This document shows positions 13,872 to 22,627 of a DNA stretch of 64,000 nt, one piece after another. How positions within the stretch are numbered: the first letter of the stretch is position 1; every line of letters starts with the position of its first letter. The stretch comes from Candidatus Kaiserbacteria bacterium (GTDB lineage: Bacteria > Patescibacteriota > Minisyncoccia > Phycocordibacterales > UBA2100), in NCBI GenBank assembly GCA_027083345.1, contig JALWOZ010000016.1, positions 5-64,004 on the forward strand. The letters run 5' to 3'. The translations under genes were made by a program, and so were the position numbers. The notes beneath the pieces are model-generated. The model was not told the DNA's origin, made no database searches, and was given only the letters and a program-made list of their open reading frames with translations.

Positions 13872-14482
13872 TTATAATTATGAATGAAGCAGAGAAATTA
13901 GCCACATTATTTGAGAAGTTCCCCGGGATAGGCCCGCGCCAGGCCCGTAGATTTGTCTACTTCTTACTCAAGAGTGGTAATGAGTATAGAGCTAACCTAG
14001 AACAAGCAGTACACGACCTAACACAAAACATACACCAGTGCAAAGATTGCCAACGCTACTATGCCAGCAATGGCAATAATGTATGTGGCCTCTGTGACAA
14101 TACATCGCGCACATCAAGCCAACTCCTAATAATAGAAAAAGACGCAGACCTCGACTCTATAGAGAAAAGTGAAGCATACAGTGGTAAATACTTTGTACTT
14201 GGTAGTGGCGTTAAACTCACAGACGACTCTGGTAAAGTACCGCGCCAAGCGCAACTGCTATCTCAGATCGCCAACCAACAAGAGTTAACAGAGATTATCA
14301 TAGCAATGCCAACAACTACTGAGGGTGAGCATACAGCGCAGACTCTTATAAACACCATTAGGCCACTTACAGACGAGCGCAACATAACCATCACAATGCT
14401 TGGCAGGGGCCTCTCCACTGGTGCAGAGCTTGAGTATGCCGACAGCGCAACACTTAAGAGCGCGCTTGAGTCACGCAATTAA
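13868..14482 (+). CDS. recR: Recombination protein RecR
   Basis: FPGIGPRQARRF helix-hairpin-helix, a C4 zinc finger (CKDCQRYY...CGLCDN) and a Toprim domain. It overlaps the dnaB stop by 4 nt. Confidence 0.9.
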   Translation: MIIIMNEAEKLATLFEKFPGIGPRQARRFVYFLLKSGNEYRANLEQAVHDLTQNIHQCKDCQRYYASNGNNVCGLCDNTSRTSSQLLIIEKDADLDSIEKSEAYSGKYFVLGSGVKLTDDSGKVPRQAQLLSQIANQQELTEIIIAMPTTTEGEHTAQTLINTIRPLTDERNITITMLGRGLSTGAELEYADSATLKSALESRN

Positions 14483-14558
14483 AAGATTTTGTAGTGGAGC
14501 GCACAATCGTTTGTGGAGGCTTGTGGACTGAGGATGTTAAATCCGAGGGAGCAGGGAG

Positions 14559-14578
14559 ATTTTCCTCGCAAGGAAAAT
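14559..14578. other. Perfect 8-bp hairpin ATTTTCCT-CGCA-AGGAAAAT in the convergent recR / Cas4-like intergenic region
   Basis: Inverted repeat seen in the sequence. It has the same architecture and CGCA loop as the hairpin at 4343-4362. Confidence 0.3.
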
Positions 14579-14631
14579 ACTCTGTACCTCCCAGCAAATG
14601 ATTGTGGGTGGAGCTACAAAGTTTTTACTTA

Positions 14632-15450
14632 CTAAAACAGTGTGTCTTTCTTAACAGCCTTTGGTGTTGGTGCAAGAGCTGTTGTTTGCTCCCTCTTATT
14701 ACTCAGCAACTTCTTACCTACAGCCTCACGATAAGCACAATAGTCGCAATCCTCCCCCGCCTTAGGCACGCGCGAGTCCTCCAGGCACGCCTTGATCTCT
14801 AGCAGTGTTGGCTCTACCCAACTATCATCTCCCTCATATGGTATGAGCGTAACATCAAATATAAGCTTACCATCAAAGGCCTTCTCATCAATGCTGGCAT
14901 TGGCATATACGAAGTAGCCAGTGTTAGACACCTTAAAGCCATTTTGCCTCAAGAGCCATTGATACACCTCCATCTGCCTCTTATAGCCTATATGCCAATC
15001 AGCGTCTAACTTGTCTATCTTCTCATCTTTACTTGTACTCTTGTAGTCCACCACTATTAGCTCACCGCTCTGATTAACCCACACATCGTCTACTGCACCA
15101 CTGACGGTCATACCTGTGGCATCATGCTTGTATTGCACACCCTCAAAATTCTCTCTCCAGGTGCCCATATTTGCATGCTCAAAAGGCACTGCTTCAATAC
15201 CATACTCCTCCATTATCGGGTGCTTGCTACCTTCTACTCTGTGCACATCAAACTCCTTCTTGAGTAGAGCATCAACGGCAGAGTTAAGGTTAAACGGATA
15301 CCCAGGTGGGCGCTTTGTCCCAAGCTTATTATCTATATAGAAGCACCTCGGACACTCTAAGAAGAGGTCTATCTTAGAGCGTGAGAGCTTCCAATTCTTA
15401 CCACCATAATTCCAATCATTCCGCCTATCCGGATTATAAAACTGACTCAT
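14632..15450 (-). CDS. Cas4-like / RecB-like PD-(D/E)XK nuclease with a 4-Cys Fe-S cluster (DUF83-type), standalone
   Basis: N-terminal C-x2-C (CPRCFY), a PD-(D/E)XK core (LIVVDYKSTSK) and C-terminal Cys residues (C...CDYCAY). This arrangement is typical of the Cas4/AddB nuclease domain. No cas genes or CRISPR array lie nearby. Confidence 0.55.
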   Translation of the reverse strand: MSQFYNPDRRNDWNYGGKNWKLSRSKIDLFLECPRCFYIDNKLGTKRPPGYPFNLNSAVDALLKKEFDVHRVEGSKHPIMEEYGIEAVPFEHANMGTWRENFEGVQYKHDATGMTVSGAVDDVWVNQSGELIVVDYKSTSKDEKIDKLDADWHIGYKRQMEVYQWLLRQNGFKVSNTGYFVYANASIDEKAFDGKLIFDVTLIPYEGDDSWVEPTLLEIKACLEDSRVPKAGEDCDYCAYREAVGKKLLSNKREQTTALAPTPKAVKKDTLF

Positions 15451-15475
15451 AACTTTATATTATATCACAACAATA

Positions 15476-17485
15476 TTAAGCAATTGAATTATGCTCTATG
15501 TCCTCTTTAGGACTTAAATCTATTCCATGCTCTTTTAAGAGCTCCTCGTACTCGGCTCTCTCTAGATTCTCTACCTCTATTAGCCTTTTAGCTATTGCAT
15601 CGAGCACACTGCGCTTCTCTCTTAGTATCGTCTCGGCAACATTATATGCTTTGTCTATAATCTTCTTAACCTCTGCATCTATCTTAGCTCCAACCTCCTC
15701 AGAGTATTCCTTTGCCTTGGGGCCAACACCAAAGAGTGCCTCGCCACCCTCACCTACTAAGGCTATTGGCCCTACAGAGTCACTCATGCCCCAGCGAGTT
15801 ACCATATTACGAGCAGTATTAGTAAGAACTTGCAAATCGTTACTTGGTCCTGTCGTTACGTCTCCGAATATCATCTTCTCTGTTATGTAACCACCGAGAG
15901 ATACTGCAATGTCCGCCTCAAACTCCTTCCGACTCTGCATCTTCTTGTCCTCATCTGGTAGTTTAAGAGTGTACCCCGCTGCTCTGCCACGGCTAATGAT
16001 AGATACCTTATGTACAGGGTCAGAATATGGCAACATACTAGCTATAAGTGCGTGCCCTGCCTCGTGATATGCTGTAATCTCTTTCTCTTTTTTATTTAAC
16101 ACATGACTCTTACGCTCTGGACCAATCATCACCTTCTCTATACTCTTTAATAAATCATCTTGACTCACCCTCTTTCTCTTTGAGCTAGCAGCTAATATAG
16201 CCGCCTCATTGGCTAAGTTGGCTAAATCAGCACCAGAGAAACCCGGTGTACGACTAGCTATAATTGACAAATCTATATTACTTTCTATCTTTTTATTACG
16301 CATATGCAAAGTTAATATCTCTTCTCTAGCGTCTTTATCAGGTAACTCCACTACTACTCGTCTGTCAAACCTACCTGGCCTTAACAAAGCAGGATCAAGT
16401 ACATCTGGTCTATTAGTAGCTGCCATAACTATAACCTTAGCATTAGGCTCAAAGCCATCCATCTCTACAAGTATTTGGTTAAGTGTCTGCTCTCTCTCAT
16501 CATTACCTCCTCCTATGCCTCCTCCTCGTACACGACCTACAGCATCTATCTCATCTATAAAGATAATGGATGGGGAGTTCTTTTTAGCTTGAGCAAATAA
16601 ATCACGTGTACGACTTGCTCCAACTCCTACAAACATATCTACAAATTCTGATCCAGATATTGAGTAAAAAGGCACTCCAGCCTCACCTGCCACAGCGCGC
16701 GCCAATAATGTCTTACCGCAACCAGGAGCTCCCATAAGCATGACTCCTTTTGGTATTTGTGCTCCTATGTTTATAAATTTCTTAGGGTTCTTTAAAAAGT
16801 CTACAATCTCTATCAACTCATCTTTAGCCTCTTTAGCTCCGGCTACATCTTTAAAAGTAACTCTACCCTCCTTATCATCAGGATTTCTTAGTCTAGCTCT
16901 AGAATTCCCAAAAGAGAAGGCTTGCATGCCACCTGCACCTTTACCAACTTGTCTAGACAAAAATACAATAATACCAAGCAATAATAAAGCCGGTATAACA
17001 AGAGGTGCTATCTGCCCAAACCAGTATTTAAAACCAGTAGGATCTTTAATCTCTATTTTAATACCTTTTAACTGTTCTGGGGAAACACCATAGTTATTAA
17101 GAGTCTGGGTTATAGGTGCCCTAGCCTCTTTTTTTGTTTTTTTAATTATATCCCTACCATCATTAGACTGCTCTTTATATTTTATATCGACATATTCTCC
17201 AAAAACGGTAATACCTTTTACCAACCCAGCATTAATATCTGTTACCAGCTCAGAAAGAGCTATGGTTTTAGCTTTATTGGCTTCTACTTGCTTTTGCAAT
17301 GTGGCATATCCTCCAAAAAGTAATGCAAATATGACTATAGAGAGCACCAATTGTAAGAGTAGGTCAGGAGAATTTTTTTTATTATTTCTCTTATTTATAT
17401 TTAAGGAAAAAGCTTTTGGGGTTTTTTTGGGGGGTTTTTGGGTTTTTCGCATACGCATATATGTAATATTATAAATTATAGTCAT
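15476..17485 (-). CDS. ftsH: ATP-dependent zinc metalloprotease FtsH (start probably at an internal Met)
   Basis: AAA+ Walker [12 protein letters not shown] region and the HEAGHAL zinc-binding motif. Two N-terminal TM segments. Confidence 0.95.
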   Translation of the reverse strand: MTIIYNITYMRMRKTQKPPKKTPKAFSLNINKRNNKKNSPDLLLQLVLSIVIFALLFGGYATLQKQVEANKAKTIALSELVTDINAGLVKGITVFGEYVDIKYKEQSNDGRDIIKKTKKEARAPITQTLNNYGVSPEQLKGIKIEIKDPTGFKYWFGQIAPLVIPALLLLGIIVFLSRQVGKGAGGMQAFSFGNSRARLRNPDDKEGRVTFKDVAGAKEAKDELIEIVDFLKNPKKFINIGAQIPKGVMLMGAPGCGKTLLARAVAGEAGVPFYSISGSEFVDMFVGVGASRTRDLFAQAKKNSPSIIFIDEIDAVGRVRGGGIGGGNDEREQTLNQILVEMDGFEPNAKVIVMAATNRPDVLDPALLRPGRFDRRVVVELPDKDAREEILTLHMRNKKIESNIDLSIIASRTPGFSGADLANLANEAAILAASSKRKRVSQDDLLKSIEKVMIGPERKSHVLNKKEKEITAYHEAGHALIASMLPYSDPVHKVSIISRGRAAGYTLKLPDEDKKMQSRKEFEADIAVSLGGYITEKMIFGDVTTGPSNDLQVLTNTARNMVTRWGMSDSVGPIALVGEGGEALFGVGPKAKEYSEEVGAKIDAEVKKIIDKAYNVAETILREKRSVLDAIAKRLIEVENLERAEYEELLKEHGIDLSPKEDIEHNSIA

Positions 17486-17505
17486 GGCATTATTACATAA
17501 TTTTA

Positions 17506-17514
17506 TGCTATAAT
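17506..17514 (+). promoter_or_regulatory. Candidate extended -10 promoter (TGcTATAAT) placed so the transcript would be leaderless at ATG 17522
   Basis: TGCTATAAT is seen 7 nt upstream of the start codon of the small ORF at 17522. There is no SD sequence. Confidence 0.2.
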
Positions 17515-17521
17515 CTAGTTC

Positions 17522-17719
17522 ATGCAGGTCTCTACTATGCTATTTATATTGTTACTGTTTATATTTACTATTTTTATGATATATGGCGCGGTAATGATGT
17601 ACCACTGGTTTAAATATTCTATGAGTACTGTAGTCTCTATTTATGCATCTATATCTTATATGGGGCTTGGATTTGTTTTATTATTTATAATGCTCACAGC
17701 TTCTAGCTCTTTATTATGA
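17522..17719 (+). CDS. Hypothetical small membrane protein (2 TM)
   Basis: 65-aa hydrophobic ORF whose stop overlaps the next ORF start. Confidence 0.3.
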   Translation: MQVSTMLFILLLFIFTIFMIYGAVMMYHWFKYSMSTVVSIYASISYMGLGFVLLFIMLTASSSLL

Positions 17720-18258
17720 TTCCGTCTGACTTCAACATCGATGAGTTAAATCTACAACCCGGAGAAACTCTGCTAAGTGTTATGCGTAAGCATTGGTTTG
17801 TGTTGTTTATACACATATTACCTTTTGGCGTTGTGTTCTTCTTACCTCTTATCATATTGTCCGTGCTCTCATCAATAACCATGAGCCCAACTCAGATGGC
17901 TCTCACTATCTTCTTCAGTAGTTTTTGGATGCTAATCTCTCTAACTGCAATGTTTACTATATGGACAAACTATTACTTAGACTTATGGATAGTTACAAAT
18001 AAACGTATTATAGACATCGAACAAAAAGCATTATTTAACAGAGAAATAAAAACTCTGCATATGAAAACTGTGCAAGATGTACAAGTAGATGTAGTGGGTA
18101 TTTTTGAAACATTCTTAAAATTCGGGACTCTCAGAGTACAAACTGCGGGTACAGGGGGTACAGACGCAAAAATAGTAGGTATACCAAAACCAGAACTTGA
18201 AAGAGACATCATCATGCACGAAGTAAACCTATATAGATCCTCTCCTCCTACTCCTTAA
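17716..18258 (+). CDS. Membrane protein with a bacterial PH domain (bPH_2/DUF304, YdbS-like)
   Basis: Two TM helices followed by YYLDLWIVTNKRIIDIEQKALFNREIKTLHMKTVQDVQV...FGTLRVQTAG, matching the YdbS/YdbT bPH pattern. Confidence 0.55.
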   Translation: MIPSDFNIDELNLQPGETLLSVMRKHWFVLFIHILPFGVVFFLPLIILSVLSSITMSPTQMALTIFFSSFWMLISLTAMFTIWTNYYLDLWIVTNKRIIDIEQKALFNREIKTLHMKTVQDVQVDVVGIFETFLKFGTLRVQTAGTGGTDAKIVGIPKPELERDIIMHEVNLYRSSPPTP

Positions 18259-18543
18259 TCATCTACAAGGTTGCCCTTGACTAAGCCCACTACAATCTAC
18301 ACCTAAGGTATTGGTTATTAACCCCACTATACCCCAGATAGAGACCATTATTAGTAAACCTAATATGCCAAAAATCATATGGTTTGTACCCGTCTTCTTC
18401 TTCTCTGGGTCGGTTGGATTTGCTATAAACTCAATCAAACCCCAAATAAAAACCAAAAAACCCACCGCAAAGAGCAGTGAGGTTATTGGTTGTAATATCA
18501 TCGTAGATATACTATCTGAGATCTGCTGAGCAGTCGCATTCAT
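18259..18543 (-). CDS. Small 2-TM pilin-like protein (TrbC/VirB2- or T4SS-pilin-like), paralog A
   Basis: TM1-FIWGL-...PEKKKTG...-TM2 (GILGLLIMVSIWGIVGLI)-TNTLGVDCSGLSQGQPCR. It shares this architecture, including the C-terminal Cys pair, with the adjacent ORF. Confidence 0.4.
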   Translation of the reverse strand: MNATAQQISDSISTMILQPITSLLFAVGFLVFIWGLIEFIANPTDPEKKKTGTNHMIFGILGLLIMVSIWGIVGLITNTLGVDCSGLSQGQPCR

Positions 18544-18553
18544 ACAATAAATC

Positions 18554-18916
18554 CTAACTGTTGTTGCAGGCCTTACCTACACAAGGAGGATTTATGGTGT
18601 TACTACCATTATCGATACCCGTTGTACTTTGCAATAGTCCAACTAGCCCTCCTATAGAACCCATAACAAATACAGCCAAAATACCCATAAGCATTATATC
18701 TAAACCTTTCTTCTTATCTTCTCCTTGAGTAAGAAGATATTTTGTTAGACCCCAGAAAAAGGCAATGATGCCCAACGTTATAAGCATAGGTACTAGCAAA
18801 TTAAGCCAGCCTCTCACCTTTTCTAAGAGCTCTCCTACCCCTGCGGCATATGTTATAGAGGGCAACAATACAATCATTGTTAATAAAGAACTTAAAGTTG
18901 TGATTTTATTTTTCAT
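18554..18916 (-). CDS. Small pilin-like protein with signal peptide (TrbC/VirB2- or T4SS-pilin-like), paralog B
   Basis: Signal peptide, then TM1-FFWGL-...GEDKKKG...-TM2 (GILAVFVMGSIGGLVGLL)-...PPCVGKACNNS. Confidence 0.4.
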   Translation of the reverse strand: MKNKITTLSSLLTMIVLLPSITYAAGVGELLEKVRGWLNLLVPMLITLGIIAFFWGLTKYLLTQGEDKKKGLDIMLMGILAVFVMGSIGGLVGLLQSTTGIDNGSNTINPPCVGKACNNS

Positions 18917-18967
18917 ATTTTCTAATAATTACTTAATATTAATTACTTGCTCTAATATTATAACACT

Positions 18968-19183
18968 CTATATAAATACAACAATCAAACTGTGTATAAC
19001 TATCCAAGCAATAAGAACCCAGAAAATTAATGTTAAAGAGGTAAAGGCATTATCTGCCCCTTCGTCAATCTTAGCATAATCATAAGAATGTTTAATCTTT
19101 GATATGCCATAGAAAAAATATAAAATTGACAAAGCTACCAAAGTGGCAAATGTATAAGATATGATTATAGATATCGCATCCAT
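18968..19183 (-). CDS. Hypothetical small membrane protein (2 TM)
   Basis: 71-aa hydrophobic ORF between pyrG and the pilin-like genes. Confidence 0.3.
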   Translation of the reverse strand: MDAISIIISYTFATLVALSILYFFYGISKIKHSYDYAKIDEGADNAFTSLTLIFWVLIAWIVIHSLIVVFI

Positions 19184-19202
19184 ACCTCACATTCTACCAC
19201 AA

Positions 19203-20867
19203 CTATTTACAATTTTTATATAAAACAGATGCCTTTATAAACTCGGTAAACAAAGGGTGTGGAGATAGTGGACGCGCTGTCAACTCTGGATGGAATTGTG
19301 TACCAACCATAAAAGGGTGTTCCTTAATAGAGAGTTCGGCAATCTCCATCAGTCTCTCATCCGGAGACACTCCAGAGAAAATTAAACCAGATTCTTCTAA
19401 TCTTTCAATGTACTCGGGATTTACCTCATATCTATGTCTATGTCTCTCATTAACCATTTCTTTTTTATAAGATTTACGTGCTATAGTGCCTTTTTTAATA
19501 TAAGCCGGATATTTACCCAAACGCATAGTACCTCCATAATCTTTATTTTTTAGCCTTTCTACTTGCTCCGGCATTATGTCTATTACCATATCACCTTTAC
19601 CATTGCTTATCTCTCTAGTGTTAGCTCCTGCTATGCCAGCTTTATGTCTAGCATACTCTACTATCATAAGTTGCATACCATAACAAAGCCCAAAATACGG
19701 TATCTTGTTCTCTCTGGCGTACTTTATTACTTTTATCTTCCCCTCTATGCCACTTTTGCCAAATCCTCCAGGCACTAATATACCATCGTATTTATCTAAT
19801 TCCTTTATATTCACTTTACCAGATTCAAAATCATGCGAAGAAAGCCAGTGTAAATTAGGCTTTACTCCTTTAGCATAAGCGGAAAACTTAATAGCCTCTA
19901 TCACTGATATATAAGCATCCGAAAGCACAAAATCTCCTGTATCAAAATACTTACCCACTATGGCGATATTTAACTCCTTTTTGGCTTTTTTTGCACTATT
20001 GGCAAACCTCCTCCATTTTTTTAATCCATCTTCTGCCAATTTATTGTTACGTTTAGTCTTTAAATTAAAATGCGACAATATTATGCTGGCCACATTATCT
20101 TTCTCAAAATTTATTGGCACATCATAAATACTCTCTATATCAGGCGCAGAAATAACATAATCTGGACGAATATTACATTGCATTGCAATCTTATCTTTAC
20201 GTCTTTTGTCCAATACCTCACTAGAACGTCCTATTACCATATGGGGCTGTACTCCATAACTATTTAGTTGCCTTATTGCATTCTGAGTCGGCTTGGTCTT
20301 CATCTCGCCAACTTTACTGGGCACAGGCAAATAGCTCACCATTATAAAGAATACGCTGTCAGGATCTTTGGCATACATAACCCTTGCAGCCTCTATAAAC
20401 ATGATGTTTTGATAATCTCCTACTGTACCCCCTATCTCTATAACACTTATTTCAGACCCATTTATACTTGCTGCGGCCTCTAACCTGTCTATTATCTCAT
20501 TACGAATATGTGGTATAGCTTCTACACATTTCCCCTTATAACCCAAATTACGCTCTCTCTCTATAACGCTCTTATACACCATACCACTTGTTAGATAATT
20601 CTCCTCTGGCAGATCTCGTCCCAAAAACCTCTCATAATTACCCATATCTTGATCGGTTTCTAAACCAGAGTTTAATACAAATGTCTCTCCATGCTCTGTA
20701 GGATTCATAGTGCCGGCGTCTACATTCAAGTAAGGATCGACCTTAACTAAATTAATCTTATATCCTCTACTTTGCAATACCTTACCTATAGAAGCTGAGG
20801 CTATACCCTTACCCACTCCAGACATTACACCTCCTATTACAAATATATATTTGTGATTCTTCTTCAT
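19203..20867 (-). CDS. pyrG: CTP synthase
   Basis: N-terminal synthetase domain with YIFVIGGVMSGVGKGI, and a C-terminal glutamine amidotransferase with GLCYGMQ. Confidence 0.95.
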   Translation of the reverse strand: MKKNHKYIFVIGGVMSGVGKGIASASIGKVLQSRGYKINLVKVDPYLNVDAGTMNPTEHGETFVLNSGLETDQDMGNYERFLGRDLPEENYLTSGMVYKSVIERERNLGYKGKCVEAIPHIRNEIIDRLEAAASINGSEISVIEIGGTVGDYQNIMFIEAARVMYAKDPDSVFFIMVSYLPVPSKVGEMKTKPTQNAIRQLNSYGVQPHMVIGRSSEVLDKRRKDKIAMQCNIRPDYVISAPDIESIYDVPINFEKDNVASIILSHFNLKTKRNNKLAEDGLKKWRRFANSAKKAKKELNIAIVGKYFDTGDFVLSDAYISVIEAIKFSAYAKGVKPNLHWLSSHDFESGKVNIKELDKYDGILVPGGFGKSGIEGKIKVIKYARENKIPYFGLCYGMQLMIVEYARHKAGIAGANTREISNGKGDMVIDIMPEQVERLKNKDYGGTMRLGKYPAYIKKGTIARKSYKKEMVNERHRHRYEVNPEYIERLEESGLIFSGVSPDERLMEIAELSIKEHPFMVGTQFHPELTARPLSPHPLFTEFIKASVLYKNCK

Positions 20868-20900
20868 AAATTATGCGCACCTTAATTTTAATAATATGTT

Positions 20901-21827
20901 TTATGCATTTAAATACCTTCTAACAGCCAAAAAACTCGATACTGCCCCAAGTATAACACCTGAGCCAACTACATAAATAAATAACTGACCAAAATTTGTT
21001 AAATAAAATGTCAACGTATCAAATGCCACAAAAAAGCTCTTGGTGCTAGGCGCAAGGTATATTGATATTGGATAGAAAATAAGCAACACAACCACACCCG
21101 CTGTTAAGCCATATAGTATACCCTCTACTACATAAGGCCCCCTAACAAACCAATTATCCGCACCAACCAATTGCATAACTTCTATCTCATCTTTATTTGT
21201 ATAAATAGCTAATCTGATTGTATTAAATACAATCATAACAGAAGCTAAAATCAAAAATATACTAAATATAAACTCTACCCGCTCTACTAAATGGATTATA
21301 TTAGTTAATCTATCTATAACTGTCTTATTTTGATTATAATTAACTTTCTCTATTATTTGTTCATCTTCTCCTTGAACATTTACCTGCCCCTCTAAAAATT
21401 TAGCTATAACTTCGTATTGACTTGGATCTTTAGCTTGTACCGCCAAACTAGCACCAAAAGGATTATCATCTAACTCCTCAAGAGCTTGTAGAGTTAACTG
21501 ATCATTCTCATGTCTTGATTTAAATTGTTTAAGAGCTTCTTCTCTAGATATATACTCTACTGAAGCTACTTCAGGTAACTTCTCTACTTTAGATTTTATA
21601 TCTAAAACTTGATCCTCGGTAGCAGTGGTTAAAAAATAAGCATTTATATCTACTTTGTGCTTAATCTGATCTAAAGTAGCGGTGAGAGCTTCATTCATAA
21701 AAATAGTAGACCCAATAACAAACAGTGTAATCATCATCACCAATACAGTAGCAAGTGAGACAAAGGTATTACGGAAGAAACCAACAACTCCTGATCGTAT
21801 AACCCTTTTTACTGTAGTTAACAACAT
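20901..21827 (-). CDS. ftsX: Cell division permease-like protein FtsX
   Basis: Four-TM topology with a periplasmic loop after TM1. It lies immediately downstream of ftsE. Confidence 0.8.
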   Translation of the reverse strand: MLLTTVKRVIRSGVVGFFRNTFVSLATVLVMMITLFVIGSTIFMNEALTATLDQIKHKVDINAYFLTTATEDQVLDIKSKVEKLPEVASVEYISREEALKQFKSRHENDQLTLQALEELDDNPFGASLAVQAKDPSQYEVIAKFLEGQVNVQGEDEQIIEKVNYNQNKTVIDRLTNIIHLVERVEFIFSIFLILASVMIVFNTIRLAIYTNKDEIEVMQLVGADNWFVRGPYVVEGILYGLTAGVVVLLIFYPISIYLAPSTKSFFVAFDTLTFYLTNFGQLFIYVVGSGVILGAVSSFLAVRRYLNA

Positions 21828-21853
21828 AATAGTAGATTATAACACATCAACAT

Positions 21854-22576
21854 TTATAATACATATTGCCCTCCATTGTCATCTCTAATAACTCTTCCAG
21901 AATCCATAGTCAAAACTCTACCTCCAACGGAGTCTATTACGCCTTTATTGTGTGTTGTCAAAACAACAGTAGTGCCCAGATCATTTATTTTCTTTAATAT
22001 CTGTACAACCTCATATGTATTTATGGGATCAAGGTTACCGGTCGGCTCATCGGCTATCAATACATCCGGTTGAGTTACTATAGCTCTAGCTATAGCGACT
22101 CTTTGTTGCTCCCCTCCCGAAAGCTCTTTAGGAAAGTGCTCCGCTTTATCATGTAAATCCACCAACCCTAAAACATGTGGTACATCTGACTCGATCTCGT
22201 CATTACTCATGCCAGCGACCTCTAGAGCAAAGGCAATATTCTCATACACAGTTTTAGAATCTATTAATCTAAAATCTTGAAAAATCACACCTATACTACG
22301 ACGAAGTCTTATAAGGTCTTTTTTACTTAAATTTTGAGTATCATCTTTACGCAGATATACCGCACCCTCACTAGGATAAAGCTCTGCTAAAATCATTTTT
22401 AACAAAGTGCTCTTACCCGCTCCAGAATGCCCAACTACAGACACAAACTCTCCGTGGTTAATATCTATATTAACTGAGTCTAAAGCGGCCGGCCCACCAT
22501 TGTAAAACTTAGTAACGTCTTTAAATTTGATTATAGTTTCAGTATTTTGCGTATCATCAGATTTGGCTTTAGTCAT
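21854..22576 (-). CDS. ftsE: Cell division ATP-binding protein FtsE
   Basis: ABC ATPase with Walker A GHSGAGKST, signature LSGGEQQR and Walker B VLIADEPTGNLD. Confidence 0.85.
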   Translation of the reverse strand: MTKAKSDDTQNTETIIKFKDVTKFYNGGPAALDSVNIDINHGEFVSVVGHSGAGKSTLLKMILAELYPSEGAVYLRKDDTQNLSKKDLIRLRRSIGVIFQDFRLIDSKTVYENIAFALEVAGMSNDEIESDVPHVLGLVDLHDKAEHFPKELSGGEQQRVAIARAIVTQPDVLIADEPTGNLDPINTYEVVQILKKINDLGTTVVLTTHNKGVIDSVGGRVLTMDSGRVIRDDNGGQYVL

Positions 22577-22627
22577 ATAAAAAACATTATACCACCAATC
22601 CTCACGCCTACAAATTTGTATGTTAAT

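Noticed and set aside
17380-17450. Homopolymer tracts (T9, G6, T7) near the ftsH 5' end as a phase-variation switch
   Set aside because: They lie within the Lys/Pro-rich N-terminal coding region of an essential protease (or its upstream extension, which is probably not translated). There is no evidence of variability.
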